Shown in pieces: positions 54,051 to 64,000 of a stretch of DNA of 64,000 nt. Numbering within the stretch: the first letter of the stretch is position 1; every line of letters begins with the position of its first letter. The stretch is from Octopus vulgaris (lineage: Eukaryota). A program made the position numbers and the translations under genes. The stretch spans positions 58,776,001 to 58,840,000 of the forward strand of contig OX597825.1 of assembly GCA_951406725.2 (NCBI GenBank), in the 5' to 3' direction. The notes below the pieces were generated by a model that made no database searches, was not told where the DNA came from, and saw only the letters and a program-made list of their open reading frames with translations.

Positions 54051-54257
54051 ATATATATGTGTGTGTGTGCATGTCTTCTCTTGTCATGGCATCTTGCAAT
54101 GGTTGTATATGAGCATCATTGTCATACTCCTACGTATTGGTTAAGTATGTGGTTTATATATCCTGCTCCACTAAGGGAGCTTTTTTGTGATTACCACTAG
54201 ATTATATAAATCCATATGTTGTACATTGTGTGGGTGTGTGTGCATCACCATCATCAC

Positions 54258-54301
<44 letters not shown>

Positions 54302-54425
54302 AGTGATGTAGTTTGTTTCCAGTCTTCTATGAAAAACATGCCTAGCTATGGGAAAATAGCTCTACAAATTCTGTTCAACCCATGCAAGCATAGAAAAGTG
54401 GACATTAAAGTGATTATGATGATAT

Positions 54426-54464
<39 letters not shown>

Positions 54465-54465
54465 T

Positions 54466-54532
<67 letters not shown>

Positions 54533-54663
54533 CACACACACACACACATACATACAAAAATATACAAATATACTTATATATTAGATAAAGACAGTTATGG
54601 ACGATATACTCTACTGCTCTATAACACAGAGTGTGATTCTCTTTCAGATTTATGATTTACTGA

Positions 54664-54711
<48 letters not shown>

Positions 54712-55537
54712 GGCTGATGATTCACCCCATTAGATTCTGAAAGACCACATTGAGTGGAAAATCTTGAGTTGAAATGGAATTTATAATGAGTTTCATGTGT
54801 ATATGCATGTAAGTTTGCAAGTATATGTACATATGTGTAGATGCTTGTGTGTGTGTGTACGAGTATATATCTGCGAGCATGTCTATGAACATACATGTTT
54901 GTATTTGCACATATTTGTAAATATGTGAGTACATGCATGTGTGTGTGTGGTGTGTGTGTGTGTGTGTGTGTAGGCATATATTCATGCGTGATAAATGATA
55001 GAGGGAAAGAAACATCTGCTCCAAGCTAATTTATCAACAGAAATATTTTTTACAGGAAAATTTTTTTTGCGGAAAATGATTTCATATAAATCTTCTTTAT
55101 GTTTTAATGATGGGTATGGCTGTGAATGGATGCAGGCTTAGTTGTGTGATTAAGAAACTCACCGTGCAACCATATCGTTTTGGGTTCAGTCCCACTTGGT
55201 GGCACCTTGGTTAAGTGTCTTATAGTATAGCCTTGTTCTGACTAATAACTTGCGAAGGAATTTAATAGACAGAAGCTATTTACAAGCCCATCCATTGTGT
55301 GTGTGTGTGTGTGTGTATGTACGTCAATGGGGTGGATGGTCTTGTGTTTGTATTTGTCCTCTCCATTGCTTGACAACTTGTGTTGGTTTGTTCATGTCCC
55401 TATAACATTAGTATTTTGGCAAAACAGATTTACAGATAAAGTACCAGGTTTTAAAAATAAGTAATGGGATCTATTTGCTTGACTAAACCCTTGAAGGCTA
55501 TACTCCAGCATGGCCACAGTCCAATGACTGAAACATG

Positions 55538-55569
<32 letters not shown>

Positions 55570-55579
55570 TATACTTTGT

Positions 55580-55772
55580 TATTATCAAAGTTGCAAAAAC
55601 ATCACAAAAATATCACAAAAAAACTGCTACTCAGTTTCATGTTCCCATTCGTCTGACAGTTTAGATTGAAAATCTAAATCTCAATCTAAACTGTCCAACA
55701 AACAGGAACATGAAACTCTGAGTAGCAGTTTTTTTGTGATATTTTTGTGATGTTTTTGCAGCTTTAATAATA
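55580..55772. repeat. ~190-bp foldback with a hammerhead-like motif in each arm
   Basis: Arms 55580-55669 / 55681-55772; combined consensus actgt-CNGACGA-atg-ggaa-cat-GAAA-ctc-t-gag-TA-gcagt. Confidence 0.85.
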
Positions 55773-55848
55773 GTAAAAGATACTACTCTACCTCCAGTAT
55801 CTGAGTACTATTTTTTCCCACCTTGTTTTACAATTATGTGCTTACTTT

Positions 55849-55885
<37 letters not shown>

Positions 55886-56134
55886 CATCATCATCGTTTA
55901 ATGTCCATTTTCTGTGCCGGCACGGGTTGGACGGTTCGACCGGGGTCTGGGAAGCCAGGAGGCTGCACTACGCTATCAATAAAGGAACATTGTAGTTCGC
56001 TGGCATCTGAAACCGATTTAAGGGGAAACACGGTAACCACCAGGATTATATATCCCTTTAAACTCATTTTTCTCCATGTCAACGAAAGCCAGGTACAGAG
56101 GTTTATCTTTGGCTAGGTATTTCTCTTGCAGCTG

Positions 56135-57116
56135 TCTTACCAGAAATATAGCATCAGTGGTGGTGCTTTTCCCTGGCACAAGTCAAACTGCATCTCATCT
56201 AAACTGATTCTCTCCCTAATTAGTTGGGCTATGACCCTCTCTGTGACTTTCATTACTTGATCCAACAACTTGGTACCTCTGTAATTATTCGTATCTAACG
56301 CATTACCTTTACCTTTGTAGTAGTTGACTATGGTGCTGCTACACCAGTCATTGGGTATGACTCCTTCATGTATCACCTGATTGACTATATGGGTGACTAG
56401 ACTATAGCCGACACTGCCAGATATTTGAGCATCTCTGCAGTGATTCCTGACGGGCCAGGGGCTTTCTCTGTCTTCATACACTTAATTGCTTTATCTACCA
56501 AGGTGCTTTCAATTCAGATAACTGTTGGGTTGACATTTGGCAGACTCTCTTTCTCCCATTTATTCTCTTCAATTAGCAACCTTTCATAGTGGCATTTCTA
56601 AGTCGCTCTCTTTGTAGCCTCATTAAATGCAAATGAGCCATCATCCATGCAGGCACATTTCTCTCCTATGACATCACAATTCTCTCTCACACACTGTCTT
56701 GCAACACAAAACACTTCAAGTCTTTGGTCCTTGTGACGCAGAACATTGGCAAATTTTTTCTACTTCCCCTCTGGCTAAGTAAACCTGTCTCCTATCTTCC
56801 CTTCTGGCAATCTGATACAATTCCCTGCTATCACTGTTCTTTCATGCCTGTTTCTTTTCCCTAATGGCCCTGTCAACTACATTATTCCACAACCATATTA
56901 CCTTGGGTCGAGATGGGACTTTGCACCATCCACAGATCTGGTCAGTCAGGTTGTCCTGTAAGAACTTCCAGTTGTATTCCACATCATGTGATGCTATATC
57001 CTCCTCTATTTCATCAAAAGCTTTGAGTAATACATCTCTAAATTTCTGTCCATTCACAGGATCCTTAAGCTTCCAGACCATTCTCCTTCATACTGGTCGT
57101 CATCTGGGCATCCAGT
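56135..57116 (-). pseudogene. RTE-clade LINE ORF remnant (region preceding and including the start of RT)
   Basis: IPNDWCSSTIVNYYKGKGNALDTNNYRGTKLLDQVMKVTERV..DEMQF; VWKLKDP...WLWNNVVDRAIREKK; frameshifted. Confidence 0.93.
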
Positions 57117-57657
57117 TTGTGAGAAACCCATTGACCCAATTTGCTGATTTTTCCATTGGCACACAAGTATTGATGACTGGTTGAATAACCAAATCCAAGC
57201 TTCTTTCCTAGTTTCTCAACAGTTACGGTGGGATTTTGATCCACCAGGGTTTGCAGGATGTCCTTGACAAGCTCTACAGATCTTCCAGGATGAGGCTCAT
57301 TTTCTAGGTTGTAGTTTCCAGCTCGGAATTTCTGGAACTACCGTTGACACTGGCTTATGCTTATTGTCCGATCCCCATATACTGCATTAATATTCCTCAC
57401 ACTTTCCATTGTGTTGTTGCCTTTATCGAACTCATAAAGCTAAATATGCTGAATATGCTCCTTTGTCACTTCTATTATAGCTTTGAAAAAATAACTGTTA
57501 AAATCAAACTGCACTCTTCAGAACCTGCACTAAGAATAAGTGCAAGGTAAAATTACTATCTGCTTTTCTAGCAAGTTGATGCAGGTAGTTTATCCCATCC
57601 CCTTCCCACTATTAGTTCATACAATTGGAAAAGTGCATTATTTATGAGATGACCCAA
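57117..57657 (-). mobile_element. Mariner transposon 5' part (SETMAR/Hsmar-like transposase N-terminus), truncated at the RTE junction
   Basis: Minus strand EVTKEHIQH..LYEFDKGN...QR*FQKFRAGNYNLENEPHPGR...KLGQWVSH (WVPHEL-like); TIR ttgggtcatctcataaataatg with TA. Confidence 0.88.
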
Positions 57658-58020
57658 TATGTGTGTGTGTGTGTGTATGTGTGATGTACATATCATGTGT
57701 AACAGAAGCAGCATCCAATTAAATTAGCAATCTGTGTATCATACTTAATGCAAATACATCAAGGAAGCCAAATCAACTGTGGGATTCATCTAGAGATAAT
57801 ATCTCTTCTGGACAGATTGTGTTAAATAGCACAAAAATCTATCTAGAACAGACAAAGTCATCCACCAGTCGGGTCTCAGAAATGTTAGATGTTCATTTCT
57901 GCATCTTTGGTCTTCATCAGTAGCATGTACATGCTAGTAACTTCCCACCAAGATAAAATCCATTCCTACTGGTATAGCAAAACAGTGACAGAAAGATATT
58001 GACGTCACTGATATTGATAC

Positions 58021-58256
58021 AGACGGCAAGCTGGTAGAAACATTAGCATGCTGGGCGAAATGCTTAGCGGTATTTCATCTGCCGTTACGTTCTGAGTTCA
58101 AATTCTGCCGAGGTCAACTTTGCCTTTCATCCTCTCGGGGTCAATAAATTAAGTACCAGTTACGTACTGGGGTCGATGTAATCAACTTAATCCCTTTGTC
58201 TGTCCTTGTTTGTCCCCTCTATGTTTAGCCCCTTGTGAGCAATAAAGAAATAAGAA
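58021..58256 (+). mobile_element. SINE family B monomer
   Basis: Colinear with 5571-5790; other copies near 46090 (+), 59495-59692 (-) and 60045-60245 (+). Confidence 0.9.
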
Positions 58257-58427
58257 TAAAAGTAAGTACCAGACTTAGTAGGTACTAGTAATGATTTAAT
58301 TAACTACATCCTTCAAGGTGGTTTGTTACCCATCATAGCCACAGTCAAATGATAAGTAAAAGATAAGAGAAAAAACAAAACTAAGTGTACAGAGAAAATA
58401 AAATGAAATAGAGGAATGATCAAGTAG

Positions 58428-58469
<42 letters not shown>

Positions 58470-58867
58470 TTTCTCTCATACACACACACATTCGTACACA
58501 CACACATTCATACACACACACACTCATTTACATAATTCACAAACACATGAACACACACACACAGAGTAGTGGATAGCAGAATTGGTTAGAAGACCAGAAA
58601 TACTAAAGAAGGAAAATGAACAACGAAAACAATTAACTTTGCTCAATCATTTATCATTTGGTGTCAAAATCTTCACAGCACAAACTTTGACCTGGTCACT
58701 CACACCAAGATAATAACTGATTAACCCTTTAGCATTCACACTGGACATCTCCAGCTCAAATATTCTACCTGTGTTATGGTCAAACCAGCCAGATTCATCA
58801 TCTCACACTTCACCTACAATGTCCTAAAAATAAGTAATCACATAGCTATATGACTGATCCAAATTAG

Positions 58868-59215
58868 GGTTGGCTGTGTGGTAAGAAGCTTGCTTCCCAA
58901 CCACATGGTTCGGGGTTCAGTCCCACTGTGTGGCACCTTGGGCAAGTTTCTTCTATTATAGCCTTGGGCTGACCAAAACCTTGTGAGTGGATTTGATAGA
59001 CAGAAACTGGAAGAAGCTCATCGTGTGTGTGTGTGTTTGTGTGTGTTGGTGTTTATACCCCTATCACCGCTTGACAACTGGTACTAGCGTGTTCATCAAA
59101 AAAAACTGACAGATTAAATAGCAGGTTTATAAGAAATAAGTATTGGGTCAATTGAGATGGTGCTCCAGCATGGCCGCAGTCAAATGACTGAAACAAATAA
59201 AAGATTAAAGATAAA
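58868..59215 (+). mobile_element. SINE family A
   Basis: Colinear with 23201-23605 with small deletions. Confidence 0.9.
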
Positions 59216-60264
59216 TAAGCCTTACATTTGATAGAATAGTTTTGATGCAAAAAGGTTAAATGTGTGTATGTGTTTTTAATAGCTATTAAATGTCTCCCAT
59301 GCTACCATTACTTTGGTTTCATCACATAGCCTCAAGTCAAATCACTTTGTCAGACAAATACATCTCTGAAGATTCAGAAGAATTATTGTCTTAAAATATT
59401 CCATTACAGATTTTTATAACATTCAATAAAATGACTACCAACCAAATATAGAGGTCTGTCCAACATTCTGTACAACAGTTTATTGGCTTAAAATTTTGGC
59501 ACAAGGCCAGTAATTTCAGAGGAAGAGGATAAGTCGATTATATTAACCCCAGTAATAAACTGGCACTTATTTTATCAACCCCAAATGGATGAAAGGCAAA
59601 GTCGACCTCAGCAGAATTTGAATGCAAGAAGGTAAAGACAGACGAAAAGACACTAAACATTTTGCCCAGCATGCTAACGATTTTGCCAGCTCACATCTTA
59701 CTGTTAGTATTTATTATTGTCAAAAGCAGAGGTACTATGGGTCAGCAGATCATTGGACAAAATGCCTTGTGGTATTCATTCCAGTTCTTTACATTAAGTT
59801 CAAGTTCTGCTGTGATTAGCTTTGCCTCTCTTCCTTACTGAAGCTAATTTAACTGAAGATTCCCATCCTGCCAGAATTCTGGCTTTCTAACAGTTAGAAA
59901 GAGAAAGGTGCCAGACATAATATCTTGTGGTATTTAGTTTAAAAGTGGATAAATACCTGTAATACAATAAGATTAATATAATCAATTACTTCTTCTCTTG
60001 AGCCAAATATATGGCTCTGAGTCCAATATTTCAAAAAGATTTAAGGCAGTGAGCTAGTAGAATCACACTGTTTAGCAGTGTTTTATCCATCTTTATGTTC
60101 TGAGTTCAAATTCCATTGAGGATGACTTTGCCTTTCATCGTTTCGGGGTTGATAAAATAAGTACCAGTTGAGCACTGGGATTGATATAATCAACTTACAC
60201 CCACCCCTGAAATTGCAGGCCTTGTGTCAAAATATGAAACCAATATTTTGAAATACTTTTAATC

Positions 60265-60655
60265 TGTTACTTGTTTCAGTCATTTGACTGTGGTCATGCT
60301 GGAGCATTGCCTTAAAGGAGTTTTTAGTCAAAGAAATTGATCCTAGAACTTATTCTTTGTAAGTTTAGTACTTATTCTATCAGCTCTTTTGCCAAACCGC
60401 TAAGTTACAGGGATGTAATTATACCAACACCAGTTGTCAAGTGGTGATGGGGAGCACAAAGATACACACACACACACACACACACGCATATACATATACG
60501 ATAGGCTTCTTTCAGTTTCCATCTACCAAATCCACTCACAAGATTTTGTTTGACCTGAGGCTATAGTAGAAGACACTTGCCCAAGGTGCCACTCAGTGGG
60601 ACTGAACCCAGAACCATGTGGTTGGGAAGCAACCTTCTTACCACACAGCCACACC
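60265..60655 (-). mobile_element. SINE family A
   Basis: Colinear with 35156-35570; further minus-strand pieces lie at 62900-63330 and 63710-63860. Confidence 0.9.
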
Positions 60656-60757
60656 TAATCAATACTAATCAATAATGATTAGTATTGTAATTTTTTTATT
60701 TTTTTATCCTAAATTCAAAACAACTTTTACAAATCTGTAAATAACTTTATTTTCCAG

Positions 60758-60980
60758 AGAAACCACGCCGGATGATTTGAAAGGCGGTGCAGGCCCTACA
60801 AGCCGATGACGTCATTCATTCTACATCTCACAAAGATTGAAGAGAAGGAACCAGAGAACGATGACGTAACACATCCACAAAGTTTCCAGGAAGAACTGGC
60901 TCGGTGTTACTCTGTATCCGAAGACTTCCAATCGTTCCGTAGAAGTTTCGTATCGTTTCTAGGGAGACGTTATTGCCAAA
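60758..60980 (+). CDS. Candidate host-gene exon (ATG at 60806; MTSFILHLTKIEEKEPENDDVTHPQSFQEELARCYSVSEDFQSFRRSFVSFLGRRYCQ), product unknown
   Basis: Acceptor ctttattttccAG, donor AAA|GTGAGA, unique CpG-rich sequence in a CpG-poor context. All three frames from the acceptor hit a stop, so it is either the start-codon exon or a terminal exon (ETTPDDLKGGAGPTSR*). Confidence 0.55.
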
Positions 60981-61066
60981 GTGAGATTTTCAAGAAATTC
61001 CATTTTTTTCTTTCTTTTACATGAGTCTCTTACACAAAGACGTTTTCTTCTACTGTTATTTTATAT

Positions 61067-61097
<31 letters not shown>

Positions 61098-61690
61098 GTG
61101 TGTGTTTTGTGCGTATATGTGCATGTGTTTTTGGGTGTTTGTTTCATGTGTGTACTTGTGTTTTGTGTATGTGTCTGTTTTGTGTGTGTGTGTGTGTGTT
61201 TTGGGTTTGTTTGATTCATGCATGTGTGTGTTTTCTCTGTGTGTGTGTGTGTGTGTGAGTATGTGTTTATGTTATGTGTGTATGTTGTGTGCCAGTGTAT
61301 GTTGTGTATGTTTTCTGTGTGTGTGTGTGTGTGATGTGTGTGTGTGTGTGCATGTTTTGTGTGTGTGTGCACACGTGTCTGCACATGTTTTGTGTAATGC
61401 ATCTATTTTGTGTGTATATGTGCACAGTTTTTGTGTATGTGTGCATGTGCATTGTGTGTATGTTTTGTCTGTGTGTTGTATGTGCATGTACTTTGTGTGT
61501 GTGCATGTGTTCTATTTGTGTGTGAATGTGTGTGTGTGTTTTATGTGTGTCTTTAAGGTATTATACGGCAGATCAATATCTGTAATTCTCCATAGAAATA
61601 CAAGTTTATGAAAGTTTGTGTTGATGCTTAACAAAAGAAGGCAACCTTACAGAATAGCGTTATTCCACCATTATAATACTGAACTAAACA

Positions 61691-62260
61691 GGTTAGCATA
61701 CAGTTTAGCATTGTAAAAAAAAGGTGAAAGTAAATTGTCCTAAAAAATATGAAAGTAAATCGTGATAAAAACTAGCCGTGAAGATAGTGACGTGCCAAAA
61801 TTTCATAAAAATGACACAAAGAACAATGCTATGTCCACAGGCATTTACATCTATAGCATATTCTAGTGATATATTTGAAGTATTTCACAAATAGCAACTG
61901 AGGTACACCATTCCAATGTGCTATACCCAGCAATGGACACAATTGGGAAGACAATTTGGTGGCTTGCATGTTGATGCATTATAGCCAACACAGCTATATA
62001 TGAGCATTGCAATAATTCTGCTCAGTTAATGAGCTACAGGAAAAGAACTAACTGGAAATGGTGGCATTTCTGTGGAACCACTTGAAATATACAAGCCAAT
62101 TCTGTTTTTGATGAAGAGCCATTTGAGGCTACCAATAATGATTCGGCTAGTGTACATGTGAGTAAGAGACTGTCATCACTTACAGTTTCTGTCGCAGTTT
62201 ACTTTCATATTTTTTAAACGATTTACTTTCACTTTTTTTATGTTAAACTGAATGTTAACC
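61691..62260. mobile_element. MITE with ~90-bp TIRs and 9-bp TSD (MULE-like)
   Basis: ggttagcatacagtttagcat..gtgaaagtaaat..aaaaaatatgaaagtaaa mirrored at the right end; TSD aactaaaca / aactaaact. Confidence 0.8.
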
Positions 62261-63324
62261 AACTAAACTTGCTTGTGTTCCTTATTACTAAATCAAATCT
62301 TAATCTCCCTTATCACAGCTGAGGTCGGTTTCTATCATCGACAAAGTAGCCTCCATGCAGTCACTTAACCTGTTAGAAATAGCAGTCAAATTTCCCTTTT
62401 TGATTTGCAAAAAATAATTTATTTGTTTGAATTTTTTTTCCATTTCTCTTCTAAAATTTTGTTCCTTCCTTTTGGTTTTTGTCAAGATTTGGCTATAAAC
62501 TTCCCTCCTGTTCAACATTATTTTATTGGCTTTTTTTTCCTTCTTTAGATATAATTAGGTAGTTCAAGATTTCTATCTATTTTCGTCTAGCTGGCTCACA
62601 ATAAAAGAAGTAAATATTTACCACCTTCCAAGATAATCACTCATTATTATAAACATGAGGCAAACTTCAAGATTTATAACTTCAGGACAGTCGAAAACAG
62701 ACTAAGAGAAATAAATTAGACATTCCAATAGTTATCACTCCCATAATATTATCCATTAAATTTGAGAAACAAGGTTAACAGCAAGAAAATCTAGACTCAG
62801 AAAGAAAAAGAAAATGGTGCCTGGAGTTCCTTGTAACAACAAAGAATTCAATTAAGTTTCCTACCATTTATTTCCGTCTCCACCTGTTCTTGTTTTATTT
62901 TTCATCTTTTACTTGTTTCTATCATTGGACTGTGACCATGCTGGGGCACTGCCTTGAAGGGTTTTAGTCAAATGAATCATCTGTAAAACTTTTTTTTTAA
63001 AGCCTGGTACTTATTCTATGTTACAGAGATGTAAACTAACCAACACCAGTTGTCAAGAGGTGTGGGAGACAAACACAACCACAAAGACACAACACACACA
63101 CACACATATTCTTTTATTCTTTTTCATGTTTCAGTCACTTGACTGCAGCCATGCTGGGGCACTGCCTTGAAGGGTTTTAGTCAAACTAATTGACCCCAAG
63201 ACTTATTATTTGTAAGCCTAGTACTTATTCTATCGGTCTCTTTTGCCAAATCGCTAAGTAACAAGGATGTAAACACACTAACATCAGTTGTCAAGGGATG
63301 GTAGAGGGACAAACACGGACATTA

Positions 63325-63376
<52 letters not shown>

Positions 63377-63672
63377 ATTATTATTATCATTATTGTTTTT
63401 ACGTATTTTTGTATTTTTATTCCTGTAACATCGTCCTGTTTTCCGTCCTTGTTTTGTATACATTCGAGGCTTTCTTCCAAGGAATCTAATGCGCTTGGCT
63501 TAGATTTTCCTTTGGGGCTGGCCAGATCAGAGCAATCTCAAGATTAATCAGCCGAAATTGCGAAGATGATCCGGTTCTTGACTGAAGATTGAAGGCTTCA
63601 AATGTCCCGTCCGTGTTTTTTGTATCGTCTTCTAAATGTTTTGCGTTCCTGTCCCACTTTGTATTTTTTTAC

Positions 63673-63710
<38 letters not shown>

Positions 63711-63858
63711 GATGAGCTTCTTCCAGTTTCCATCTGCCAAATCCACTCACAAGGTTTTGGCTAGCATAAGGCACTTCCCAAAGGTGCCACACAGTGGGAC
63801 TGAACCCAGAACCATGTGGTTGGAAAGCAAGCTTCTTACCACATAGCCATGTCTGTGC

Positions 63859-63998
<140 letters not shown>

Positions 63999-64000
63999 TC

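Noticed and set aside
61021-61611. 196-aa Cys/Val-rich ORF after the candidate exon
   Set aside because: Degenerate (TG)n sequence downstream of the splice donor.

Overview
AT-rich, repeat-saturated eukaryotic DNA, most likely an octopod cephalopod (Octopus-like tRNA-derived SINE families, very dense TA/TG/TATG/CAT microsatellites). It appears almost entirely non-coding. Nearly all listed ORFs are microsatellite artefacts or transposon remnants. Supported content: three tRNA-SINE families; RTE-clade LINE fragments and tails; several Penelope-like (RT/GIY-YIG) remnants; two mariner and one Tc1 remnant; several MITEs (Tigger-, Merlin-, hAT- and MULE-like); a truncated U6 snRNA retrocopy; and one candidate host exon at 60758-60980 (+). 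The most notable signals are about ten hammerhead-ribozyme-like motifs tied to Penelope-type ends and foldbacks, a 5'-inverted retro-insertion bracketed by a 53-bp direct repeat, templated insertions, several long foldbacks, and an apparent CpG-rich to CpG-poor transition near 14-15 kb. I found no convincing wholly new system. Family names come from recalled motifs, not database searches, and element boundaries are approximate.
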